From an uncultured Verrucomicrobiota bacterium (lineage in GTDB: Bacteria > Verrucomicrobiota > Verrucomicrobiia > Limisphaerales > UBA1319): 64,000 bases of DNA. The stretch is from contig CAIMWS010000344.1 in the NCBI GenBank assembly GCA_903845125.1, positions 24,290-88,289 on the forward strand. The letters are read 5' to 3'. The first letter of the stretch is position 1. Every line of letters starts with the position of its first letter. The notes under the pieces are model-generated. The model ran no database searches. It saw only the letters and a program-made list of their open reading frames with translations, and was not told the DNA's origin. Position numbers and translations under genes: made by a program. Positions 1 to 8,112 of the stretch are shown one piece after another.

Positions 1-603
1 GATGAACGGCCCCTCTGCGCGCCGGCTGGCGCGATGGATCATCCGCGCCAGCATGCCTTTGCCGACGCCGCTTTCGCCCGTTATCAGCACGGTCGAATCC
101 AGCGGGGCGATGCGCACCACCGTCTCGAGTAATTGCCGGGCCACCGGGGATTCGCCGGCGAAATCGCTGTCCGGCGCGGGCCGGGCCACGGTTTCCCGCA
201 GCTGCCGGTTTTCCAGCAGAGCGCGGCCCATCCGCGAGGCGGAGGCCATGAGGGCCAGCAATTCATCCAGGTCAATCGGTTTGGTGATGTATTCAAGCGC
301 GCCGGCCTTCATGGCGGCCACGGCGTCTTTTACCTCTCCCGCAGCCGACATGATGACCACTGGCATGTCGGGAAAATGCTGTTTCAGATGCTTCAGCACC
401 TCCATGCCGTCCATTTCAGGCATGCGGAGATCCACCAGCGCACAGCTAAAACCACTGTGCGCGAGGGTGATGGCCTGCTTGCCGTCGCAGGCGAGCACCG
501 GCTCAAAACCAAACCGGAGCAGGTTGTAGTCCAACACCCGGCGAATCGTTTCGTCGTCGTCAACAACGAGTATGCGTTTATTATGCTGGCTCAAGCTGGC
601 CAT
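1..603 (-). CDS. sigma-54-dependent (NtrC-family) response regulator, N-terminal 201 codons; 3' end lies beyond the window edge
   Basis: Not in the ORF track because it runs off the left edge. Reverse complement from ATG (603-601) reads MASLSQHNKRILVVDDDETIRRVLDYNLLRFGFEPVLACDGKQAITLAHSGFSCALVDLRM..., a CheY-like receiver. It continues to ...DSTVLITGESGVGKGMLARMIHRASRRAEGPFI, the Walker A segment of a sigma-54-interaction AAA+ domain. Confidence 0.85.
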   Translation of the reverse strand, partial: MASLSQHNKRILVVDDDETIRRVLDYNLLRFGFEPVLACDGKQAITLAHSGFSCALVDLRMPEMDGMEVLKHLKQHFPDMPVVIMSAAGEVKDAVAAMKAGALEYITKPIDLDELLALMASASRMGRALLENRQLRETVARPAPDSDFAGESPVARQLLETVVRIAPLDSTVLITGESGVGKGMLARMIHRASRRAEGPFI

Positions 604-752
604 GCGTCCGCCTATTGCATCCTGTGTGGTGGATTTTTACCAGCCAATTATGCGCTTGAATGAGGATTTTAACTCCCTAGCAATAGGTTCAAATGCCCCT
701 GGTGGATTGCTTCCCGGCTAAAAAGCCTGACCTCGGCGGCCCGACTTTGGCC

Positions 753-1544
753 CTATTTGCCTCCGGAACCACCTGGCCGCTCTTCCAGGAGGGATGGGGA
801 TGGAGCAACCACCGCTTGCCGGACCTCCTCGATGGTGCGGGCGCGGCTTTGAACCAGTTGCCGGATCATGGTTTGGCCATGTTTAAAATGGCTGGGATCC
901 ACCAGTTGGGAGGCTTCGAGATGGAGCCTACCTTGATGGTAAAGAAGGCGGTGGGGCTGATCACCCTGGCTTTCCCAAACTTGAATCACTCTCCTGGGGC
1001 CAGACCAACCGGCGGTGTGCAGAAACAGGACCAGGTTCATCCCCACAAAATCCGCCTCCGGCACGCCGTTTTCACCGCAGATCTGCGCCCGGGCTTCCTC
1101 CAAGGTATTCGCATGGAGGTTGGTGGCCAGAAGGTGTCCGTGCCGTTTCAATTGGAAATAAGCGCGTAACTCACCGCCCCAGAGGTAGGCGTAATAATCG
1201 CCGGGGCCAATCTCATGGCAAAGATGGCAGGCGCGTCGTTTTTCCAGGAATCCCCGCTGGATGGCGGCCATTCCGTCGGCGGGGAGCAATTCCACCCCTT
1301 CGGGCACAAAGTTCAACAAGGCACCCATGACCGTGGTCTTGCCGGCTCCGCCCGGGCTGGCGCCCACCATGAAGGAGGCGCCCAGTCGCAGAGCGGCGGC
1401 CAGGTAAGCCGCCAGATCCTCCGTCAGCGTGCGGGTCTCCAGGAGGTCCACCATGGAGAGCATGCGTCCCCCCCGCTGGTTGCAGCGGTTGATCTCCCGG
1501 CAATGTCGCTCCAAGGCGTTTGAGCCGGGCTCAGGATTTTCCAT
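753..1544 (-). CDS. single-domain P-loop ATPase resembling the C-terminal domain of GspE/VirB11/CpaF secretion-type ATPases
   Basis: 263-aa ORF with ATG at 1544. Walker A is GASPGGAGKTTVMGALLNFVP, and RHGHLLATNLHANTLEEARAQI resembles the His-box of T2SS/T4SS ATPases. Its start overlaps the stop of the upstream LarA-like gene by 14 nt. Confidence 0.6.
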   Translation of the reverse strand: MENPEPGSNALERHCREINRCNQRGGRMLSMVDLLETRTLTEDLAAYLAAALRLGASFMVGASPGGAGKTTVMGALLNFVPEGVELLPADGMAAIQRGFLEKRRACHLCHEIGPGDYYAYLWGGELRAYFQLKRHGHLLATNLHANTLEEARAQICGENGVPEADFVGMNLVLFLHTAGWSGPRRVIQVWESQGDQPHRLLYHQGRLHLEASQLVDPSHFKHGQTMIRQLVQSRARTIEEVRQAVVAPSPSLLEERPGGSGGK

Positions 1545-2802
1545 TTTGGAGGTAAGGGATGGTCAGGGGGCCTTGCGGCAGCACAGCCACCCGGGCGGCC
1601 GGGCCCAGGCGGTCCAGCCGGCGGGAAATTTCACCGCTGATATCGTGGCACGGTTCCAGCAGTGCGGCCCGCACGGCGCCGTCCGGCAGGGAGCTTTTGA
1701 CCAGCACCCCGGCCTGGCACTGGATTTGCGCCTGGATCTGGATTTGCCACAGGTCGGGGGCTCGGAGCCCGTTTTTCACCCGCTCCAGGAATTCCCGGGG
1801 ACTGCTCACGGAGCGCAACAAGCGCTCGTAGTGGCTGCCGGCGGGCAATCCCTCCCGGCATTCCGCCGCCAAAATAATCGTGCCCCCTGGCTTGACCACC
1901 CGCGCGGCCGCACTCATGCCCTTGACCCCTTGATACAGGTTCAAGTCCAGCGGATAGCCGCTGTTGGTGGTCACCACCATGTCGAACGGCTCCGGCACCG
2001 CCTGCATCGCCGAACGCCGCACAAAATCGGTTCCGGCCCGGTGCGCGGCCAGCAGATCCCCGGCGAACACTCCGGTGATCTCCTTCCGCGAATTCAGGGT
2101 GACGTTGAGCAGGAAACTCTCCCCCGCCAGCAGCGCTCCGTCCCGCATCTCCTCCCAGAGCGGGTTGCCTTCGGTGACTCCGAACGCGGCGTTGGGATGG
2201 CTGATGGGCCCGGCCCCGTGGTTATGCATCACGGTCTGGAGCCCGGCCACCCCCGGCAGGATGGCCTTGGGGCCGCCGCTGAACCCCGCGAAGAAATGGG
2301 GCTCGATGAAGCCCGTAAGAATCCGCACCCCGGCCTCCACCAGGTGGCGGTTGAGCAGGATGGGGGTGCCCTGCCGGGTGCGGCCGACATTCACCAGGGC
2401 GGCGGGATTTTCCGGTTCGTGGTTCAGCACCCGCCAGCCACGCACCACCTCCGGCGTGAGCATTTTCTCCAGCTCCGCCGGCGTGTTGGGCCGGTGCGTG
2501 CCCAGGCCGTTGAGCAGGGTGATCCGCTCCCTTGGGATATCCTTCAGATATTCCAGGAGCCAGGGGATCAGCCGGTGGTTGGGGGTCGCCCGCGTGATAT
2601 CGGTGAAGACCACGCAGACCCGGCTATCAGGCCGGAGCCATTCCCGCAGCGGCCGGCAGCCGAGGGGATGTTCCAGCGCTTCCCGGACGGCAGCCTGCTC
2701 ATCCCCCAAGCCGGGCCAATGGTTCGGCTCGATCACCGTCGTCCGCTCCCCGGGGACTTCTATGGGCAGCCAGCCCTCGCCGTAGGCCAGGTTCACATTC
2801 AT
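1531..2802 (-). CDS. LarA-family (DUF2088) protein, nickel-pincer-cofactor-dependent 2-hydroxyacid racemase/epimerase-like
   Basis: 423-aa ORF with ATG at 2802. The N-terminus MNVNLAYGEGWLPIEVPGERTTVIEP...VCVVFTDITRATPN... and overall length are typical of lactate racemase LarA homologues. The antisense ORFs here are R/G/P-rich shadows. Confidence 0.8.
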   Translation of the reverse strand: MNVNLAYGEGWLPIEVPGERTTVIEPNHWPGLGDEQAAVREALEHPLGCRPLREWLRPDSRVCVVFTDITRATPNHRLIPWLLEYLKDIPRERITLLNGLGTHRPNTPAELEKMLTPEVVRGWRVLNHEPENPAALVNVGRTRQGTPILLNRHLVEAGVRILTGFIEPHFFAGFSGGPKAILPGVAGLQTVMHNHGAGPISHPNAAFGVTEGNPLWEEMRDGALLAGESFLLNVTLNSRKEITGVFAGDLLAAHRAGTDFVRRSAMQAVPEPFDMVVTTNSGYPLDLNLYQGVKGMSAAARVVKPGGTIILAAECREGLPAGSHYERLLRSVSSPREFLERVKNGLRAPDLWQIQIQAQIQCQAGVLVKSSLPDGAVRAALLEPCHDISGEISRRLDRLGPAARVAVLPQGPLTIPYLQNGKS

Positions 2803-3036
2803 CGGTTTGTGCGTGTCGTGTCTCGTTTATAGCTCCAGCAAACCATGGATTTCCCCGCCGGTCAAACCTGCACCTGCCGGCCATGTCAGCGGCGGCACCT
2901 TTTTCCCAGCCGGCGCCTGGGTACGTATAAAATACGCAGGTGAGTCTTTTGCCAACCGGCTGGCCCCGGCTTACTGTGTCCGGCAGGAGCGGGCCTGCGC
3001 AGTAGCTCTGCCCGTTCGTGAAAAAAACCGAAATCC

Positions 3037-3152
3037 CAAACCGCAAGAACCCTATGACAAACCTGCACCGTCTGGCCCTCCTGGGCCTCGCCCTGGTGGG
3101 CGTCAATCTGCAACTTCCCGCCGCCGATCCCCCGGCGCTGGATGATAATCTA
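3037..3152 (+). repeat. homogenised 5' segment of paralogue 1 (near-identical to 4094..4209)
   Basis: By-eye alignment at offset 1057 nt covers 17 nt of leader plus the first 99 nt of coding sequence. The two copies differ at only 3 positions, whereas the rest of the two genes is clearly diverged. Confidence 0.85.
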
Positions 3153-4067
3153 AAAAATGTTTCCAAGTATCTGGGCCAGTGGGCTTACAAGTGGAAAAAT
3201 GAAACCAACGGCCAGTTTATGAAAGGGGAGTTTTTGTTAGAACCCGGACTGGGCGGAAAAATCATCCTCTACCGGGAAAGAATGCTCGATGGCGATAAAA
3301 CCGCCCTTTCCTGGATTGGTTTCACTTATTGGCATCCGCGAATGAAATCCCTCCTGTTTTGGAATTGCGCCTCGGATGGCGGCTATGCCTCCGGGTTGCA
3401 GACCAAGCGCGGCGATGATTTCACCTTTTATTGGCGCGGATTTGATGCCAAAGGCGAGCTGGCAGCCGGCCTGGGAACGGATGAATGGAAGGAAGACGAC
3501 ACCTTTGTGACGCAGGGAACCCACACCGTCACCAACGGGATTCCCAAGCCGGACAGCCAGAAAATGATTATGAAGCGGCTTCAAAACAAGGGGATTTCCG
3601 TGTCAGTTCCGGCCCCTTTGCAGGAGCACCTGAAGCCGATGGAAAAATACCTGGGCAAATGGAATGTGGAATGGGCCGAAAAGGGGAACACCGGGAAAGC
3701 GGTTTACATTGCGCAAGCCGAGGCCGGTGGAGCCGCCATTTATGGCGCCCTCTACAGCTCATTGGATGCGGTCAATGAACCGGCCTGGCTGGCCAGTGTC
3801 ACCTATTGGCGGCCGGAGATTCAGTCCCTCGCCAGCATCACTTTCCTGGGGGACGGCGGAGGCGCCGAAGCCCTTGTAGCCAAAACCGGAGAGGAGCAGT
3901 TGGAGCAGACCGTTGGCTATGATCCCCAAGGCAAGCTCACTACCAGCATAACGCGGACGCAATGGAACGGTAAAGACACCTTTACTGTCCAATCCCTCCA
4001 GCTTGTGGTTGGCGGCGAAGTCCAGCCGGACGGCACGAAATATACTTTAACCCGCATTAAGGAATAG
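3054..4067 (+). CDS. secreted protein with two DUF1579-like repeats (paralogue 1)
   Basis: ATG at 3054 is preferred over GTG 3018 because the paralogue starts at the equivalent ATG. Signal peptide is MTNLHRLALLGLALVGVNLQLPAA. There are two internal repeats, each beginning KYLGQW/KYLGKW and containing a YW(H/R)P motif. Confidence 0.75.
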   Translation: MTNLHRLALLGLALVGVNLQLPAADPPALDDNLKNVSKYLGQWAYKWKNETNGQFMKGEFLLEPGLGGKIILYRERMLDGDKTALSWIGFTYWHPRMKSLLFWNCASDGGYASGLQTKRGDDFTFYWRGFDAKGELAAGLGTDEWKEDDTFVTQGTHTVTNGIPKPDSQKMIMKRLQNKGISVSVPAPLQEHLKPMEKYLGKWNVEWAEKGNTGKAVYIAQAEAGGAAIYGALYSSLDAVNEPAWLASVTYWRPEIQSLASITFLGDGGGAEALVAKTGEEQLEQTVGYDPQGKLTTSITRTQWNGKDTFTVQSLQLVVGGEVQPDGTKYTLTRIKE

Positions 4068-4093
4068 GCGCTCCGGCCCGGGCATACTCAGAA

Positions 4094-4209
4094 CAAACCG
4101 AAAGAACCCTATGACAAACCTGCACCGTCTGGCCCTCCTGGGCCTCGCCCTGGCGGGCGTCAATCTGCAACTTCCCGCCGCCGATTCCCCGGCGCTGGAT
4201 GATAATCTC
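4094..4209 (+). repeat. homogenised 5' segment of paralogue 2 (near-identical to 3037..3152)
   Basis: See 3037..3152. Confidence 0.85.
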
Positions 4210-5124
4210 AAATTCTTCACCAAATACTTGGGCCAGTGGGCCTACAAGTGGAAGAATGAAACCAACGGCCAATGGATGAGCGGATATATTTCCACCGAGA
4301 TTGGGCTGGGCGGAAAAACCATAATGTTTAAGGAAAGGCTGTTCAATGGGGACAAAACCGTCAGTTCATCGATCGGGTTCAATTATTGGCATCCCCGTGC
4401 GAAAACCGTCCTGGGGTGGGGATGCGGAACGGATGGCGGACATGCTTGCGGGATTCAGACCCGGTATGGCGAGAATTTATCAGGCCTTTGGTTGGGCTGG
4501 GATGATAAGGGCCAGTTGGGCGCGAACCTGGGAATCGATGAGTGGAAGGACAACGATACCTTTGTCTGGCAGGCAACGCTTTCCAGCACCAACGGAATTG
4601 CCAAACCGGATTCCCAGCGGGTCATCATCCAGCGGGTGAAAAAACAGGCCTTCCCGCCTGAGGAAAAACCGGCCTTGCGCGACAACCTGAAACCGATGGA
4701 AAGATACCTCGGCCAATGGAATGTGGAATGGGTTGAGAATGGGAAGGCCATGAAAGCGGTAACCAGCGTGACGGTGGCCGCCGGCGGAACGGCCACTTTG
4801 GCCACCATGTCCAATATCGTGGACTCCGTCCTGCAGCCAGCCGGATGGGTCGGCATCACCTATTGGCGTTCGGAGTATGATGCCATCGCCACCCTGGATT
4901 TGTATGGCGATGGCGGGTTCTCCGAATCCATCCTGACCAAGGGCGGTGATGAAGTGGTATGGCAGGAAACGGGCTTCACTGGCCGGGGGAAGTATAAGAC
5001 CAGCGTTTGGCGGGACCAGTGGCTCGACCAGGATACCTTTGTCAGCCAGGGCACCCAAACCACCGAGGGTGGCGAATTCAAGCCCGATGGCCCCAAATTC
5101 AGCAATAAACGGATCAAGCCATAG
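4111..5124 (+). CDS. secreted protein with two DUF1579-like repeats (paralogue 2)
   Basis: 337-aa ORF. It has the same signal peptide (MTNLHRLALLGLALAGVNLQLPAA), the same two-repeat layout (KYLGQWAYKWKNE..., RYLGQWNVEWVENG...) and a tandem position 43 nt after paralogue 1. Confidence 0.75.
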   Translation: MTNLHRLALLGLALAGVNLQLPAADSPALDDNLKFFTKYLGQWAYKWKNETNGQWMSGYISTEIGLGGKTIMFKERLFNGDKTVSSSIGFNYWHPRAKTVLGWGCGTDGGHACGIQTRYGENLSGLWLGWDDKGQLGANLGIDEWKDNDTFVWQATLSSTNGIAKPDSQRVIIQRVKKQAFPPEEKPALRDNLKPMERYLGQWNVEWVENGKAMKAVTSVTVAAGGTATLATMSNIVDSVLQPAGWVGITYWRSEYDAIATLDLYGDGGFSESILTKGGDEVVWQETGFTGRGKYKTSVWRDQWLDQDTFVSQGTQTTEGGEFKPDGPKFSNKRIKP

Positions 5125-5331
5125 CCGTCATCTTCGGGATACAGGAAATCCACCAGAGGCACAGGCCGGACCGGAAGCTCCGGTTCCGCCTGCTTTGCGT
5201 TTGCGTGGAAAGCCGGGGGAAACCACTCCTTCCGCCTTCTACCGCCCAGGCCGGACCCGGCAGGTTTAGCCATAAACCGCTGATCCCGCCCATGATTGCT
5301 GCGACCGTGCAGCCCGCTATCCTACGGTGCC

Positions 5332-5362
5332 GTCCCACGCCGAATGTCCCACGCCGAATGTC
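5332..5362. repeat. tandem direct repeat, 14-bp unit GTCCCACGCCGAAT x2 plus GTC
   Basis: Read directly: gtcccacgccgaat gtcccacgccgaat gtc. It lies about 100 nt upstream of the GH51 start codon. Confidence 0.9.
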
Positions 5363-5459
5363 TTGCGCAAAAGGATGCCGCCAGCCAGACTGCGCCCATT
5401 ATCTGAACACACTAATAAGAATTGTCGAAAACGGTTTTGAAACGCTGGTGAACCTGGTT

Positions 5460-7535
5460 ATGAACCTGAAACATATCGCTCCGCTATTCGTGATCGTTCC
5501 TTCGCTGCTCGCCGCGGAGGCGGCCACCCCGCCGGTGATCGTGCTTCCACCCTCCCTGGCTCCCGCCGTGGTGGGGAATACCAACCTGCTGCCGAATCCT
5601 TCCTTCGAGGAGGTGTCGTCCGGCCGCGTGCCCGGTTGGAGCTCCAGATCCTGGCAGGGGCATGGTAACTGCCGATGGGATCTTGCGGTACCCGGGCACT
5701 CCGGTTCCCAGTGCGCCACCATCCGCTCCGAAAAAGGTTCCGATGCGGCTTGGACCGCCACCGTCTCCGTGCAGACCAACACGCTTTACCGGCTCTCCGG
5801 CTGGATCAAAACCCGGGATCTCCGGGGCGCAGTGGGCGCCCTGCTCAACATCCAGAATCTGCAGCAGGTCCGGACCCGGGCGGTGACCGGCACCCGGGAT
5901 TGGACCCCGGTGTCCACCATCTTCTGGACCGGGGAGGCGGCCACCTTGGAGATCAATTGCCTGTTCGGGGGCTGGGGATCCTCCACCGGGCAGGCCTGGT
6001 ACGACGATCTCGCGCTGGAACCGGTGGCCAGCCCGGCGGAGGGGGCGCCGGGGGCCATCCTCACCATCGATACCGATGCGCCTGCCCGGCCTTACAGCCC
6101 GATGCTGTTTGGCGGTTTCATCGAGCATTTCCACGACCAAATCTACGGCGGGCTGTTTGAGCCGGGCTCGCCGCTGGCGGACGCCCAAGGCTTCCGCAAG
6201 GATGTCCTTGCGGCCATGAAGGAGCTGAAGCTCTCCATCGTGCGCTGGCCCGGCGGCTGCTTTGCCAGCGGCTACCACTGGACCAATGGCGTGGGGACCA
6301 TCCGCCAGCCCGTGGCCGACCCGGTCTGGGGCGTGACCGACCCCAACACCTTCGGCACGGATGAATTCGTCGCCTGGTGCCGGTTGGTGGGCTGCGAACC
6401 GTATATCTGCTCCAACGCGGGCAACGGCACACCCGAGGAGATGCGCGATTGGGTCGCCTACTGCAATTCCCCCGGGGGCCGAACTCCGGCGGGGGAGCGG
6501 CGTGAGCCGTTGAATGTCCGGTACTGGAGCATCGGCAACGAAAACTGGGGCGGCCATGAGATCGGCGCCCGGACACCCCAGGAGTGGGGGCCGCTGGTCC
6601 GCCGCTCCGCCGAGTTGATGCGGGCGGCCAGCCCCGGCCTGAAGCTCCTGGCTGCCGCCACCGCGGACCGCGGCTGGACGCTGCCACTGCTCAAGACCGC
6701 CGGGCCGCTGCTCGACTGCGTGGCCATTCATGAATATTGGCTGCCCTGCTGGGCGGACAATATCATGCCCGATTACCTCTCCTGCATCCAGGCCTCCGAG
6801 GGGCCGGAGCGGACCATTACGCGGGTGATCGAACTGCTGGACGAGGCCGGCTTCCGGGGCCGCATCAAAATCGCCTTTGACGAATGGAACCTCCGCGGCT
6901 GGCACCACCCGGGATTCCCACGCAAGGCGCCGGTGGATAGCCGCGATGCCGAGGCCGCCAAGCTGGTCCGGAACCGCGAAAAGAATGCCATCCCCTCCCA
7001 ATACACCATGGCGGACGCCTTGTTCTCGGCCTCCTTCCTGAACGCCTGCCTGCGGCATGCCGAGGACATCGCCATGGCCAACATCGCCCCCATTGTGAAC
7101 ACCCGCGGCCCCCTCTACGTCCACCCCAAGGGATTGGTCAAGCGCACCACCTTCCATGTCCTCGCGATGTATGCCAATGAGCTGGGCCCCCGGTCTGGCC
7201 GGATGGATTTGGATTCGGGCCTGATGGTTTTTGGCGGCCGCACGCTGCCGCTCGTGGACGCCGCGGTCACCGTGGATGAGCCGCGCACCTGCTGGTCGAT
7301 CGCCCTGGTGAACCGCCACCCCACCCAGGCGGCTGCCTGCGTGGTGAAGTTGAAGGAGGTGCCGGTGGAGGGCCGGTTCCCGGCCGTCCTCCTGGCGGGT
7401 GACTCCCCGGAAGCCTACAACGACATCGACCACCCGGACCGGGTCCAAGCCGGGCGGACGCACCTGGATTTTGCCCGGGGCGTGGTTCAATTGCCGCCGC
7501 ACTCCCTGGCCATTGTGAAGGTCCCGGCCAGGTAG
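5460..7535 (+). CDS. GH51 alpha-L-arabinofuranosidase with N-terminal CBM4/9-like domain
   Basis: The ATG at 5460 gives the signal-like MNLKHIAPLFVIVPSLLAAEA. The CBM-like segment is NLLPNPSFEEVSSGRVPGW...AWYDDLALEP. GH51 core motifs are FGGFIEHFHDQIYGGLFEP, VRWPGGCFASGYHW, NTFGTDEF and YWSIGNENWG. Upstream codons of the 5205 ORF look non-coding. Confidence 0.8.
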   Translation: MNLKHIAPLFVIVPSLLAAEAATPPVIVLPPSLAPAVVGNTNLLPNPSFEEVSSGRVPGWSSRSWQGHGNCRWDLAVPGHSGSQCATIRSEKGSDAAWTATVSVQTNTLYRLSGWIKTRDLRGAVGALLNIQNLQQVRTRAVTGTRDWTPVSTIFWTGEAATLEINCLFGGWGSSTGQAWYDDLALEPVASPAEGAPGAILTIDTDAPARPYSPMLFGGFIEHFHDQIYGGLFEPGSPLADAQGFRKDVLAAMKELKLSIVRWPGGCFASGYHWTNGVGTIRQPVADPVWGVTDPNTFGTDEFVAWCRLVGCEPYICSNAGNGTPEEMRDWVAYCNSPGGRTPAGERREPLNVRYWSIGNENWGGHEIGARTPQEWGPLVRRSAELMRAASPGLKLLAAATADRGWTLPLLKTAGPLLDCVAIHEYWLPCWADNIMPDYLSCIQASEGPERTITRVIELLDEAGFRGRIKIAFDEWNLRGWHHPGFPRKAPVDSRDAEAAKLVRNREKNAIPSQYTMADALFSASFLNACLRHAEDIAMANIAPIVNTRGPLYVHPKGLVKRTTFHVLAMYANELGPRSGRMDLDSGLMVFGGRTLPLVDAAVTVDEPRTCWSIALVNRHPTQAAACVVKLKEVPVEGRFPAVLLAGDSPEAYNDIDHPDRVQAGRTHLDFARGVVQLPPHSLAIVKVPAR

Positions 7536-7742
7536 TGGCGGCCGCGCATCTGGCACTGGGCACGGAACCCAAACGGGCCTTGAAAAGAGGCCATGGCGGC
7601 CGCTATTTTCGGATCGGAAAGCCGGACCACCGTTGGACGGATTGCGAAGGGTTTTTATTCAATCCGGGAGACGGTTTAGCTTTCTTTTCGCCGTGAATAT
7701 TATGCTGCCGGCCAAGTCAAAATGGATGGAGAAAGGTGCGTT

Positions 7743-7994
7743 ATGAAAATTAAAGCTTGGTTGATCGCGGTGGGAATAATGCTGGTGGGTGGTGTGGGTT
7801 ATGGCCATCCGCCGGGAAGGGGGCCGGGTGGGCCGCCGGCTTTCCGGCCCGCGCCTCCGCCGGGGCGCGAGGGGCCCCGCATGATGCGGCCGCCACCGCC
7901 GCCTGGTGACGAACTGCCTCCGCCACCTCCGCGGCGTCCTCCTCCTCCTCCGCCCCGGCCCATGCGGCCACCGCCGCCACCGCCCTGTTTCTGA
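7743..7994 (+). CDS. small secreted polyproline-rich protein (83 aa)
   Basis: ATG 7743 is preceded by gagaaagg (SD-like). Signal-like MKIKAWLIAVGIMLVGGVGYG is followed by HPPGRGPGGPPAFRPAPPPGREGPRMMRPPPPPGDELPPPPPRRPPPPPPRPMRPPPPPPCF. Low complexity in GC-rich DNA means coding status is uncertain. Confidence 0.45.
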   Translation: MKIKAWLIAVGIMLVGGVGYGHPPGRGPGGPPAFRPAPPPGREGPRMMRPPPPPGDELPPPPPRRPPPPPPRPMRPPPPPPCF

Positions 7995-8025
7995 CCGGCG
8001 TTAAGGCCGGTGGGTTCCTGCCGTT

Positions 8026-8066
8026 CAGCCGTTCAGGGGGCATCCTCCTGAACGGCTGTTTGCTGT
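8026..8066 (+). terminator. 11-bp perfect hairpin followed by TTTGCTGT; terminator/attenuator-like
   Basis: CAGCCGTTCAG (8026-8036) pairs with CTGAACGGCTG (8048-8058) across an 11-nt loop, followed by a T-rich tail. The left arm is part of a direct duplication, ccgttcag ccgttcag (8021-8036). Confidence 0.4.
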
Positions 8067-8112
8067 AAAAATGGGGGTGGCAAACCCGTGGTGTTTCCAC
8101 CAATCTGTGCCC

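Noticed and set aside
5484-7556. 690-aa minus-strand ORF opposite the GH51 gene. Similar long antisense ORFs occur at 8743..10416, 11363..12898, 13518..14618, 14573..16012, 23178..24950, 24979..26727, 38398..39561, 39698..41122, 42700..43668, 44354..45457 and 52457..54478
   Set aside because: Each overlaps, on the opposite strand, a gene with unmistakable family motifs (GH51, FGE, GlcF, 2-HADH, DegT, MFP, RND, cyclase, Memo, MCE, MlaE, UvrD). Each also has Arg/Gly/Pro/His-skewed composition.
7546-7562. TGGCAC-containing sequences as possible sigma-54 promoters (here and at ~17103 and ~47626). These were of interest because an NtrC-type activator is present
   Set aside because: None has the GG-N10-GC spacing with a TTGC -12 element, and one lies inside a coding region.
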